Shown here: in pieces, positions 28,730 to 37,748 of the stretch
How the letters are laid out: every line of letters begins with the position of its first letter
How positions within the stretch are numbered: the first letter of the stretch is position 1
DNA from: a virus
Direction: 5' to 3' (one strand)
Length of the DNA stretch: 64,000 nucleotides
IMG/VR virus record: IMGVR_UViG_3300048582_000084
Location: 1 to 64,000 of that record
Notes under the pieces: generated by a model
What the model was told of the DNA's origin: nothing
The model's input: the letters and a program-made list of their open reading frames with translations, nothing else
Databases searched by the model: none
Made by a program: the position numbers and the translations under genes

Positions 28730-28832
28730 GACAATAAAGAGTGAAATAAAAGCCCGACATACTAAGTATAGTGTCAGTCTGATCGAAAGTACTTTATATG
28801 TAGCGCGAAGTAAAAAGCACTCAATAACGGTT

Positions 28833-28876
28833 TTGGTAAGGGAGAGGTCGAGAGTTCAATCCTCTCCAGCAGCACC
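28833..28876 (+). other. attP core: 3' half of a tRNA-Thr(GGT)
   Basis: TTGGTAA anticodon loop, GGGAG, AGGTC, T-arm GAGAG-TTCAATC-CTCTC, acceptor strand CAGCAGC-ACC; no 5' half; ~95 bp from the integrase. Confidence 0.85.
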
Positions 28877-28969
28877 TCGGAACCCTTTGAAAAACCTCGG
28901 TTTTCTCAGCGGCTCCAATCCGGGTTTATCGTGCAAAACCCGATATTCAGGTACAAGTATAGAACGCAG

Positions 28970-30031
28970 CTAGAACGCTACAGCACGCATCGCGCCCGCC
29001 ACGAACTCCGGGGAGTGGTGTCCATAGACGCGCTCCACTACGTCCTTCGATGTGCTGGTGAATTTGGCGATTTCTTCGAAGGTCATCCCGGCCTGAACCA
29101 TCCACGTAATCGCGGTATGTTTCAGCACATGCGCGCTGATGACCTCGATACCCGCCCGCTCGCACGCAGCCCTTAAAGCGACTTTAACGTCCTTGATCGG
29201 TTCCCCTCGGAACTCGATGACAAAAGACGTCTTCGCGCGCTCCTTGGCCGATTTGAGCGCCTCGATCAGCCTGACGTTTCCAGCGATGGGCGTCCTGCCC
29301 CGCCGCTTGTTCCCGACGTCGTCACCAAAATCGAGCGATTCATGTCCTGGGCGGCTCAGGTCCACGGATGACCAAGGCAGTGTCAAAATCGCCTCGCGGC
29401 GCTTGGCGCTCGTCAGTCCGATGAGAATGAACAGGGCGAGGTGCGGAGGTGCCGCCAGCATGAGGCGGTTCGCTTCTTCCTTCGTGATCCAGCGCGCTCG
29501 GCTTGCGCCTGCGGATAGTTCCACCCGGAAGGTCACCTCTCGCTCGATCATATGCTCCGACCACGCCCAATTCAGCGCAGCCCGTAGCGACCGAAGCTCC
29601 TTGCTGACGGTTGCCTCGCCCACCGGCTGGTCACCGTAGCGCCCGCCCTTCCGGATCACAGGCTCTTCAAGGCGATCTTCAACGTAGTCGTTGACGACGG
29701 TCTGCGTGATGCTGTCCGCGTAGAGCGCTCCAAGATGGCGCTTGAGGGGCGCGTAGCAGTACGGAAGCTGGCCAGGGCGCGCGACGGTCGGCGTTCGATA
29801 CGTCACATAGGCATCGCATAGCTCTGCCACAGTAGGGCGAGCGGCAAGCTTCGGCTTTCTGTAGTCCTGCGCGAACCGTGTGCGTTGTGCTTCGGCTTCC
29901 TTGGGGTCTTTGGTGCCCGTCGCCTTGTCGCGCGTCTTCCCGGTCTCGGGGTCTGTGTAGCGAATGACGTAGTAACCATCATCGCGCTTCGTTAGATTGA
30001 AATTTGGGGACTGAAGTTTGGTCCTGGGCAT
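28970..30031 (-). CDS. int: Tyrosine integrase
   Basis: SAKRREAIL (catalytic R), HVLKHT, VYGHH (catalytic Y); N-terminal arm-binding-like region. Confidence 0.9.
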   Translation of the reverse strand: MPRTKLQSPNFNLTKRDDGYYVIRYTDPETGKTRDKATGTKDPKEAEAQRTRFAQDYRKPKLAARPTVAELCDAYVTYRTPTVARPGQLPYCYAPLKRHLGALYADSITQTVVNDYVEDRLEEPVIRKGGRYGDQPVGEATVSKELRSLRAALNWAWSEHMIEREVTFRVELSAGASRARWITKEEANRLMLAAPPHLALFILIGLTSAKRREAILTLPWSSVDLSRPGHESLDFGDDVGNKRRGRTPIAGNVRLIEALKSAKERAKTSFVIEFRGEPIKDVKVALRAACERAGIEVISAHVLKHTAITWMVQAGMTFEEIAKFTSTSKDVVERVYGHHSPEFVAGAMRAVAF

Positions 30032-30045
30032 TTTTGCTCCTTACT

Positions 30046-30076
30046 AAAATACCCTCGCGGTCTCCCGCGAGGGTAT
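30046..30076 (-). terminator. Hairpin / terminator upstream of the integrase
   Basis: ATACCCTCGCGG/CCGCGAGGGTAT with a T-run on the - strand. Confidence 0.65.
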
Positions 30077-30079
30077 AGC

Positions 30080-30265
30080 TTAATCTACGAGCTTGCGAAG
30101 CATAATTCCGCCGTCTGCGGTAACGACGCAGAGAAACTCGTCGCCTTCCTTTGCACCGACGATATCGGTGATGATTTCGGGTAGAGGAAAGATTTCCCTA
30201 CCCTTCTCGTCTTTCTCGACGGTCAGCCGAGTTCGGAAGTTGTAAGCTAGGCTCCAATGACTCAT
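30080..30265 (-). CDS. AbrB/MazE-like small DNA-binding protein
   Basis: LPEII..VGAKEGDEF swapped-hairpin pattern. Confidence 0.55.
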   Translation of the reverse strand: MSHWSLAYNFRTRLTVEKDEKGREIFPLPEIITDIVGAKEGDEFLCVVTADGGIMLRKLVD

Positions 30266-30705
30266 TACCGTGCCCCCGTGGAGCCAAACGCTCCGTCGCC
30301 TCGATCCGTGTCCCCCAGCAGGCCGACTTCCACGAATTCCGCCCGCTCAACGCGGGCGAATACCATCTGCGCGATCCGGTCTCCCGCATTAATGACGAAG
30401 CTGATATCCCCATGATTGATTAGGACGACACCAATCTCGCCACGATAGTCGGAGTCGATAGTACCCGGCGAGTTCAGGACAGTGACGCCGTGCTTCAAGG
30501 CAAGCCCAGAACGGGGGCGAATCTGCGCTTCGTAGCTATCAGGAATCTCCAGGCAGATTCCGCACTTCACCAGCGCTCGACTGCCTGGACCGATGATCAG
30601 ATGTTCGGCTGAAATGAGGTCCATACCCGCAGCGCCCGCACTGGCGTAGAACGGGTAATTCCACTTTGAAGCATATGCTAGCTGATTGATCTTAACTTGC
30701 AGCAT
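30265..30705 (-). CDS. dut: Trimeric dUTPase
   Basis: [35 protein letters not shown]. Confidence 0.97.
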   Translation of the reverse strand: MLQVKINQLAYASKWNYPFYASAGAAGMDLISAEHLIIGPGSRALVKCGICLEIPDSYEAQIRPRSGLALKHGVTVLNSPGTIDSDYRGEIGVVLINHGDISFVINAGDRIAQMVFARVERAEFVEVGLLGDTDRGDGAFGSTGAR

Positions 30706-30712
30706 TTACGTT

Positions 30713-31162
30713 TTACCCTTCGTAGTCGTAGACGACTGGCTGGTAGCTTGTCGCCGTTTCTTCGATGATTGTCTCAATGATCCGCCAGTTACCGCCGCCG
30801 AGACCGGCTCCGATGCGAGGCATGGCAATCTCGGTAACTTTCTGAGCCTTGGCTTCGATGTTAATCGTTTCGAAGCACTTATAGATCGACTCGTAGTTGA
30901 CTTGGCGCTTGTCGGTCCCGTATCCGCCCTGTGTGATGGCGTTTAGGATACGTTTCCCGTTCGTCATTCCACCGTCGTAGACGCTACCGAGTTTAAGACC
31001 GAAGTTTTCATGCTCTTCGCGGTAGCTCTTATAGGCCTCGGGAAACTTCTCCCGAATGGTCTTGGCGACGCCACTACCCATGACGCCTAGAGCGTTGCAG
31101 CCGTGAACGATAACGCCCTCGGAAGCTTCCGTGACGTCGCCCTTCTTGTAGATGATCTTCAT
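30713..31162 (-). CDS. Macrodomain (ADP-ribose binding / hydrolase)
   Basis: GDV, HGCN..GVMGSGVA, AMPRIGAGLGGGNW. Confidence 0.9.
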   Translation of the reverse strand: MKIIYKKGDVTEASEGVIVHGCNALGVMGSGVAKTIREKFPEAYKSYREEHENFGLKLGSVYDGGMTNGKRILNAITQGGYGTDKRQVNYESIYKCFETINIEAKAQKVTEIAMPRIGAGLGGGNWRIIETIIEETATSYQPVVYDYEG

Positions 31163-31926
31163 ATTTCCACTACCAAATTGGGGTTGAAGTTAGGATTTTC
31201 GAAACGCAGGCCCAGGCCGAACCTGTCGGTCGGGTATCCGCGAGGGTTCGCAATTACGCGCGTCTTGCCGACCATGTAATCGTGGCTGGAATGGACATGA
31301 CCGTGGACCCACAGAATCGGCTCGTACTTTAACATCATCCATTCAAGGTCGCTGACGAACGCGGGGTTCAGCGGGCTTCCAATGAACTCTGGAGAGATTG
31401 ACTGAGGCGACGGTGCATGATGCGTCATCACGACTGTCCTGTAGCTTCGGTACTTCTCCAACTGAACGCTTAGCCAGTCTACGGCTTCGTCGTGTAGGCT
31501 GCGCGTGTAGAATGGCGTTAGTCGGGCGTGTTCCTTACCAACACCGATCAGCCGATAGTCCGACATTTGCATCGATGCGTATTGCATCGCTGTCACCTGA
31601 CCGCCGTGGGCGAAATCGGTCCACAAGGTGCAGCAAAGAAACACCACGTCGTTGATGAGGGTGACCTTCATGTCGAGGAACCGAACGGATTGGTCCCTGT
31701 CGGCTTCGAACTCTTTCAGTAGGTCCTCAAGATTTTCCCCATAGAACTCATGATTCCCTGGAACCGCGAGGACTGGGCTCTTGTACCCAAAGGACTTTAA
31801 GGCTTCGATGCCCGCCGTCCCGTTCGCCACGTCGCCCGCGATCAGATTCACGTCGGCTTCTGGCGGCTTGTACGTCCAAGCGGGTGTGAACTCCAAATGG
31901 AGGTCCGACGCAATGTGTATCTTCAT
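31159..31926 (-). CDS. Calcineurin-like metallophosphoesterase
   Basis: SDLH, AGD, GNHE, HH, HGH.H, NPRGY. Confidence 0.92.
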   Translation of the reverse strand: MKIHIASDLHLEFTPAWTYKPPEADVNLIAGDVANGTAGIEALKSFGYKSPVLAVPGNHEFYGENLEDLLKEFEADRDQSVRFLDMKVTLINDVVFLCCTLWTDFAHGGQVTAMQYASMQMSDYRLIGVGKEHARLTPFYTRSLHDEAVDWLSVQLEKYRSYRTVVMTHHAPSPQSISPEFIGSPLNPAFVSDLEWMMLKYEPILWVHGHVHSSHDYMVGKTRVIANPRGYPTDRFGLGLRFENPNFNPNLVVEI

Positions 31927-32222
31927 TTATTTCTTCCGAATAATTGCGCGTTTCCGCGAAGGGTGTTTTCTCGTACCGTTACCGGTTCAAGATGGTTTGG
32001 ATTTACACAGGCTCGATTGCGGCATAGGTGGTCTAGCAGAAGTCCGCTCGGCACCGGGCCGACGATCTCTTCGTAGAGCGCCCTATGCGCCACGCGGCAT
32101 CGGCCGTTGACTCGCAGCTTCGCGTAGCCGTTTCCCGTGTTCCAACCAGAACACACCCAACACCCACTTTCCGGATCGACTTTCATGCGACCGGACAAGC
32201 GAGTGTAGATTGATGTTGACAT
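31923..32222 (-). CDS. HNH endonuclease
   Basis: GCW, AHR, DHLCRNRACVNPNHLE. Confidence 0.9.
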   Translation of the reverse strand: MSTSIYTRLSGRMKVDPESGCWVCSGWNTGNGYAKLRVNGRCRVAHRALYEEIVGPVPSGLLLDHLCRNRACVNPNHLEPVTVRENTLRGNAQLFGRNK

Positions 32223-32260
32223 GAAAAAGGGGAGGGCCTTGCGGCTCTCCCCTTTCTTAT

Positions 32261-32314
32261 TTAGCCGCCGAACTTCTTAATGACGGTCGGCTTGCCGTCT
32301 TTCCATCCGCTCAT
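32261..32314 (-). CDS. 17-aa micro-ORF MSGWKDGKPTVIKKFGG
   Basis: GAGG RBS; fills the gap between nrdJ and a terminator. Confidence 0.5.
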   Translation of the reverse strand: MSGWKDGKPTVIKKFGG

Positions 32315-32327
32315 ATTTTACCTCTTC

Positions 32328-34328
32328 TTAGCGAACCGGGCAGGCGCCCGTAGCGCACTCGTCACCCGCATCGATTGCATCTTCGGACTGCTCCGACAGC
32401 GACTCGATATTGATGAACTTCAGACCAGCCACATAGGCGTCGTAGACTTCCTTCGTGACAGGCTCTTGGGGAAGGTAGGGATAGCCAAGATCGGCGGCGG
32501 TCTTCAGCGGATCAGCCCGCAACAGGAAACTGACTCCCACGTAGTGGTCCCAGTTCTCCATCAGCCAGTCGATGATGGCTTCAATCTCGCTCGGGTCGTA
32601 GGACACGGTGATCGAGCAGTTCTGCTCGACGTAGTTGTCCATTGCGACCTTGTAACGCTCAAGCTGGCTTACCGCCGACTCAAGGTTGACCTCAAGATCG
32701 CCCACCTTCTCAAACTCGACGTCTTCCCAGGCCACAGGCAGCGTGACCACCCAATCGTAGCCGTTCGGGTGCTGGAAGACCTTGTAGTTGCCATCACGTA
32801 GGACAGGCACCAGCGGGTCATGGCGACCGAATGCCACATTGTTGAAGATGTACTTCGCCAGCGGCTTGTGGATGCCCTCAGGCGCGTCGTAGCACTTCGA
32901 CCCAGTGCCTTCCGGCTTGATCGTGGTGACGTTCTTCGGACGCGGTGTCCCTAGTTCGTCAGCCATGCTGTACGCGCCCATGACAGCCGTGTTCTTCAGC
33001 ATGCGGTATTCGTAGGGGCCAATGTCCGACCGCGCTGCGATGCCAGTCAGGCTGACGCCGCACAGGCGCAGGAATTGGTTGTTCTCATGCCACGCGCTCT
33101 GGAGGATTTCGTCCTTCAGGTTCACGCAGGTCTGGCGGTAGTTGGCCCGCGAGATGAGGTAGATCGCTCGCAGTAGGCCAGCGGGGTCATTCTTGAACCT
33201 GTTCAGTACAACCGTGACGAGGTTACAGAAGCCCTTGTTACTGAGCAAAATCTCCGCGCATGGATTTAGGCCAGAGAACCACGGAGCGCGGCTCAGCGCC
33301 GCCTCACCATTGATCATGCCCGGCTCCGACCCACCAGCGGCGAGCATGAGTTCGAACATATGCTTGAGGTCTTCGCGCTTCGGCTTCTTGTAGAAGACCA
33401 GGGAGTTGTTCGACTGCCCTCGCTGCATCTGGCCCTTAGACCAGTAGTCCTTCTTACAGACTGCGAAGTCTTCCCATTCGGGGGAGCCGTATTCGAACAG
33501 GCTGATCTGCGCGGAGCGCCGGGTCGAGAGAATCGTGCCCAGCCAGTTGACGATGTCGTGGATGTCCATCTTACGAAGAAGCTGACCCGCACGCCGGTTC
33601 ATCAGTTCGCAGATCGCGCGATACGCCACAGCAATCGTCTCGTCGCCTTGGCTGATCCAGCCATAGCCGCGCAGCCGCACACCGGCAGGACGAATCTCGC
33701 TGAAATCTAGGACCAGCTTCTCGGCGGCATACTTGCCCGCCATCAGCTTACCGACCGACTTCGCCCAGGCCTCCGCAGAGTCGCCCACGCTGATCGTCCA
33801 CGTCTTGGTCTCGGCATCCCAGGTCTCGACGTTCGTCTCGCGACCGCGTTCGCCTTCGTTCCACTGCTCAAGCGTGCGCTTGGAGCGAACGACCTCGATG
33901 TTGTGGATCGGCTTGGTGAAGCCCGACAATGTGCCTGTAATAGGCGAGAAGCCAACGCCGCACCCCTGAAGCAGCAGCCACAGGGCGTCCACAACGTCCG
34001 CTACGGTCTCGATGTGCGAGAACGCGCAGTTAAAATTGGAGGCCTCACGGCGCCTAGCGACTTCAGTGCCGCCAAGCCAGAGGGTTCGGCCTGCAACGCC
34101 GACCTTGCGGTCTAGGAGTAGCTGGCGAAGTTCGGTAAGTTCGGCATCCTGGCTCTTGTTAAGAGGGCGACCTAGGGCTCGCTTCCAAAGCCACCGCTGG
34201 TGTTCGACCACCCGGTCGATTGTCTCTTCCCAACTTTCGAAGACAGTACCTTCGGCGTCGAGCGGGCGGTTGTACGTGCGGCGCGTAATAACCTGCGCGC
34301 GAAAAGACGGAGTATAAGTTGTAGTCAT
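32328..34328 (-). CDS. nrdJ: Class II (adenosylcobalamin) ribonucleotide reductase, monomeric type
   Basis: FNC, GCGVGF, NPCAEI, CNL, TTIKPEGT, C-terminal C....C. Confidence 0.95.
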   Translation of the reverse strand: MTTTYTPSFRAQVITRRTYNRPLDAEGTVFESWEETIDRVVEHQRWLWKRALGRPLNKSQDAELTELRQLLLDRKVGVAGRTLWLGGTEVARRREASNFNCAFSHIETVADVVDALWLLLQGCGVGFSPITGTLSGFTKPIHNIEVVRSKRTLEQWNEGERGRETNVETWDAETKTWTISVGDSAEAWAKSVGKLMAGKYAAEKLVLDFSEIRPAGVRLRGYGWISQGDETIAVAYRAICELMNRRAGQLLRKMDIHDIVNWLGTILSTRRSAQISLFEYGSPEWEDFAVCKKDYWSKGQMQRGQSNNSLVFYKKPKREDLKHMFELMLAAGGSEPGMINGEAALSRAPWFSGLNPCAEILLSNKGFCNLVTVVLNRFKNDPAGLLRAIYLISRANYRQTCVNLKDEILQSAWHENNQFLRLCGVSLTGIAARSDIGPYEYRMLKNTAVMGAYSMADELGTPRPKNVTTIKPEGTGSKCYDAPEGIHKPLAKYIFNNVAFGRHDPLVPVLRDGNYKVFQHPNGYDWVVTLPVAWEDVEFEKVGDLEVNLESAVSQLERYKVAMDNYVEQNCSITVSYDPSEIEAIIDWLMENWDHYVGVSFLLRADPLKTAADLGYPYLPQEPVTKEVYDAYVAGLKFINIESLSEQSEDAIDAGDECATGACPVR

Positions 34329-34406
34329 TTGTCCTGTTATTATTCTGATATTTCAAAGGCTTATATGGACCAGCGTAAAGCTGCGGTCCTGCAAAAAGGG
34401 GACGGG

Positions 34407-34805
34407 CTAATGCCCGATCCCCGTACCAGCCGACACTACTCGCTGCTGGTGAATGCTGTACTCGCGGTCGAACAGCCGCCACTCGTAATTGTCGAGCCCG
34501 TGACAGGTCTTGAGATACGTCGCGACCTCTTCCGGCTCAAAATCGGCACAGGAATACAGGTCGAACTGGAGATTCGACGTCCCATCGAACCTGTCCCAAT
34601 CATGCCACACCATGTGCGAGGTCGTTAGAAGGACCGCGCCCGTGTACCCTACATTGTCCTGCTCGTTACACTTCACCACGTTCGGCGGTGAAAGTACTTT
34701 CATCCCAACGAGACGGACGATGTTCAGCAGTGTATGGTAGATATCCGCTTCGGACGTGGGGCTCGTAATGAACCCCTTTAGAATCAAGTGCTTATGTGCA
34801 AGCAT
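34407..34805 (-). CDS. speD: S-adenosylmethionine decarboxylase-like pyruvoyl enzyme
   Basis: HLI, GYTGAVLLTTSH..H.W, DLYSC. Confidence 0.8.
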   Translation of the reverse strand: MLAHKHLILKGFITSPTSEADIYHTLLNIVRLVGMKVLSPPNVVKCNEQDNVGYTGAVLLTTSHMVWHDWDRFDGTSNLQFDLYSCADFEPEEVATYLKTCHGLDNYEWRLFDREYSIHQQRVVSAGTGIGH

Positions 34806-34829
34806 GTGGAGTCCTGATAGAAACGGGGG

Positions 34830-35108
34830 CTATTCGCCCCCGTATTCGTATTCTTCTGGAAGGTGGTGGAACCCCATAGGAACGGTGTCCCGCCATTGGA
34901 GTCGATATATCTCGTCCCCGTTCTCGTCTAAGATGCCTGTAGGTACAGGGTCTTCGTCGTATAGGGTCTCGATTAGCGTACTTGCTGTCGAAGAATATCC
35001 CATGTCTTCGTCGTAGAAAATTTGGATAGCTGTCGATCCGCCGCTTGATTGCCCGCCTGCTGCGGCGCTCTTGGCGAGACGCCGTTTGGTTTGGGCAGAG
35101 ATACTCAC
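34830..35108 (-). CDS. Hypothetical protein
   Basis: Fills the gap in operon orientation; PTGILDENG. Confidence 0.5.
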   Translation of the reverse strand: MSISAQTKRRLAKSAAAGGQSSGGSTAIQIFYDEDMGYSSTASTLIETLYDEDPVPTGILDENGDEIYRLQWRDTVPMGFHHLPEEYEYGGE

Positions 35109-35155
35109 GAACTGAGCCTTTCGCGGCTTAGTTCCTGTGCTTTTGTTTCGAATAC

Positions 35156-35452
35156 TTACGGCTCCAATTCCACCACAACATTTGGGTTGTAGAGTGGACC
35201 GGCATAACTCTCTTCAACTTCTTGGACCTCGACCGGCTTAGGAAGGTCCTCAACAAGAACCATCTTCACTTCGACCACTTCACAGTCGATTGGGGGCTGG
35301 TTGCCGTTCCACCGGCACGGCTTGTTCATCCGAGTGATAAACGCCCGCATAGGCCCCTTACCAGCGTAGTAAATCGCAGACTGTAGGTCAGGACTCGATG
35401 TCCTGTACCCCGTAACAAATTCACCTGTTGCAATGACTCTTGCTACAAACAT
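35156..35452 (-). CDS. Hypothetical protein
   Basis: GAGGTG RBS upstream. Confidence 0.55.
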   Translation of the reverse strand: MFVARVIATGEFVTGYRTSSPDLQSAIYYAGKGPMRAFITRMNKPCRWNGNQPPIDCEVVEVKMVLVEDLPKPVEVQEVEESYAGPLYNPNVVVELEP

Positions 35453-35460
35453 TTTTCACC

Positions 35461-35712
35461 TCAAAGCGTTGTTGCGTGTGTGAAAACCGGACACCGAGAA
35501 TACGGGCACGAATATCCATAGGCGGCATTGTTTTCGAATTTCACACCGCAGTGCCCACACTGGACACCCTTCTCAACTATAGGCTCTGGAATTGGCGGGA
35601 TGATTCGATAGCCGTCGGGGGTGATGGTGTACTCTTCGATACTCCACCAACCCTCTGACCTGACACGCATCGGAGGCGGCGGTACCTTGGAAGGCGAATT
35701 AGGCGGCTTCAA
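35461..35712 (-). CDS. Small Cys-containing hypothetical protein
   Basis: Probable TTG start overlapping the thyX TGA; CGHC...C....C. Confidence 0.5.
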   Translation of the reverse strand: MKPPNSPSKVPPPPMRVRSEGWWSIEEYTITPDGYRIIPPIPEPIVEKGVQCGHCGVKFENNAAYGYSCPYSRCPVFTHATTL

Positions 35713-36449
35713 GCAGTCAAAACCTTCCAAGATGTCGGGAACAGCGGCTCGATGATCTTGCCGACTTGGATCGCGAGGTCTTGAATTTCCTTCTGAGCGT
35801 GCGGATCGATCCGCTGCTTGTACATACGACCCCACGCGGCCAGAGAGCCGCTGACGTAGTAGGACGTGTACATCGACTGAGGCAGCACCATACGAGCCTG
35901 TTCGGGACACACACCGTCAAGCAACATTTCGCGGTATAGCTTCAACGAGGACTCGATGTGCCGCGCGTATTTGCGCTTAATAGAACCTAATGGAAGGCCC
36001 GTGAACACGGAATCAGAAGAGCCTTGCTTTTTGTTCACAGCGCGCTTGCGCCAATCCTCAGGAACGAAGAACGTCGGGGCGCTGTCCACGTAACGACGGC
36101 TGACCTCGTTGTACGAGAAGCCGACCATGTGCTTGAACCGCTGACGCGCCACGAAGATCGGGACGGTCTCGCGCAGTGTGATGAAGCAGTGGCTGAACGG
36201 CGTCCAGTGGCCGTGCGACGCGAGATAACCGATCAGCTTCTCGTCTCGTTCCGAGAGCTTGTAGTTTCCGTCGCAGTGATCATCGCTTCGCGCATCAGAG
36301 CAAAAGTCCGCCCGAGACGATTTATCCTCGATATCCTGGCAGTAGCCGCACAAGCCCTTCTCCCACTCGCTCTCCTTATCGAAGGACACACGCGCAGCGT
36401 TCACGACTGTTAGGTCTGACCCAACATGCTGAATGTAAGAGGCTTCCAT
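35709..36449 (-). CDS. thyX: Flavin-dependent thymidylate synthase
   Basis: AARVSF, HWTPF, NEVSRRY, EQARMVLP, HAQKEI. Confidence 0.95.
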   Translation of the reverse strand: MEASYIQHVGSDLTVVNAARVSFDKESEWEKGLCGYCQDIEDKSSRADFCSDARSDDHCDGNYKLSERDEKLIGYLASHGHWTPFSHCFITLRETVPIFVARQRFKHMVGFSYNEVSRRYVDSAPTFFVPEDWRKRAVNKKQGSSDSVFTGLPLGSIKRKYARHIESSLKLYREMLLDGVCPEQARMVLPQSMYTSYYVSGSLAAWGRMYKQRIDPHAQKEIQDLAIQVGKIIEPLFPTSWKVLTA

Positions 36450-36685
36450 TAGCGCGACGCCAACCACTCTACGAGGTCGGTATAGCCGCCAATCAAGCCA
36501 TGCTCTTTCGACGCGCCTGCGACGTAAATCTGTGGAACGGTCATGAAACCATGCGCCTTGAAGTCGGCCATATGCGCGTTGACGCTTAGGTCGCGAACTT
36601 CAAACTCGTACCCAAGGCGTGTCAGCAGAGCCTTAGCTTTGTCGCACCATGTACAGGACGACTTAGAATAAACGATGAACTTCAT
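36449..36685 (-). CDS. Glutaredoxin
   Basis: CTWC, TVPQI, IGGYTDL. Confidence 0.92.
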   Translation of the reverse strand: MKFIVYSKSSCTWCDKAKALLTRLGYEFEVRDLSVNAHMADFKAHGFMTVPQIYVAGASKEHGLIGGYTDLVEWLASR

Positions 36686-37029
36686 TATGGGTTTTGAATA
36701 CCGTCAATACCGTTCGATGCGTAGGCGGCACTAATGGAGCCTCGGATCAGTTTGTCGGACGCCACTAGGACAGAGGCTTTGGCTTCCGCGAGCCCCTTAG
36801 CCTTTTCAGCTTCTTCCCGCTTCGCGCGTTCAATCATGACGCCGAGATAGAACTGCGCCTTTGCCAAGTCTTGGGCGCCGCCTTTATGCCGCCACCGCCA
36901 GAGGTACTTGAGGATATTACCCTTGAGCCAGCCAAGAAACTCGTCGGCTGTCATGCTCGCTTCGATGGCCTGAATGGCCTCGATACCGCCCTGCGTATAG
37001 TGAGCAGGGTAACTTACTGGATCATTCAT
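36685..37029 (-). CDS. DUF3310-family protein
   Basis: P.HY..GGIEAI, GNILKYLWR..KGG.QDL.KA..YL. Confidence 0.85.
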   Translation of the reverse strand: MNDPVSYPAHYTQGGIEAIQAIEASMTADEFLGWLKGNILKYLWRWRHKGGAQDLAKAQFYLGVMIERAKREEAEKAKGLAEAKASVLVASDKLIRGSISAAYASNGIDGIQNP

Positions 37030-37561
37030 TCCGTAGTTTTACTTTCAGTGATTTAGCCGCTTCATCTGCGATGGTGTAAGCTTCCGCAATCATGGACACG
37101 GTTTCCCGGTACACGACGCCCCCTCGCTTGAGCGTGTCTTCGATCTTGGCCGATATCGGCGCTTCGTCGATCTCTCCGTGAACACGCGCTTTGCTCTCAA
37201 AGGCGTGGCGACGCGTGACGAAATAATTGAGAGACGGGTACATGTTGTGATAATGCACACACACGTCGAAGAACGCGGCAGGGAGGTCTTCACCGTAGAC
37301 GGGCGAAAGTAGAATAGGGCTATCGCAGACGACTATATCTGCGTGTCCCTCACATCGGGCGATCTGCCAATGCTGGCGACCGGCGATGTAGATTTGACAC
37401 CGAAGTGCCTTGTGCGCCTCGTCGTAGACAGCGAGTTTCGCGATCTCGTCTGGACACTCGGTAGAGAATTCGGGGTACTTCGTTTTGAGTATCCCCGCGA
37501 CAAGAAGAGCAAGCGTAGATTTTCCTGCCCCCGGCGCGCCGAACAGATTTACTACCAGCAT
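37022..37561 (-). CDS. P-loop kinase (NadR/Ttd14-like AAA)
   Basis: VNLFGAPGAGKST, DSPILL. Confidence 0.75.
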   Translation of the reverse strand: MLVVNLFGAPGAGKSTLALLVAGILKTKYPEFSTECPDEIAKLAVYDEAHKALRCQIYIAGRQHWQIARCEGHADIVVCDSPILLSPVYGEDLPAAFFDVCVHYHNMYPSLNYFVTRRHAFESKARVHGEIDEAPISAKIEDTLKRGGVVYRETVSMIAEAYTIADEAAKSLKVKLRNE

Positions 37562-37562
37562 T

Positions 37563-37748
37563 TTACCCGGACATGATCCCGATAATCTTTCCTGTCTTGT
37601 CAAGAACGATATTAACTCGGCTCATGTCAAAATCGGCCTGAACCGGCGTACCCGGCCAGAGAACGCGGCTGGAATCTGCAAGGCCTGGGGGAAGGTCCGC
37701 TAAGACCTTCCCCACATATTCCTTGTACCGCTCGGAAGCGGGAATCAT
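37563..37748 (-). CDS. Peptidase inhibitor I78-like protein
   Basis: RVLWPGTPVQADFDMSRVNIVLD..G.I....G fits the potato-inhibitor / I78 pattern. Confidence 0.7.
   Translation of the reverse strand: MIPASERYKEYVGKVLADLPPGLADSSRVLWPGTPVQADFDMSRVNIVLDKTGKIIGIMSG

Noticed and set aside
28800-28880. Complete tRNA-Thr gene
   Set aside because: The 5' acceptor strand and D-arm are missing; it fits an attP core
34329-34406. Cobalamin riboswitch or NrdR box before nrdJ
   Set aside because: The region is too short and lacks recognisable consensus; only simple hairpins are present
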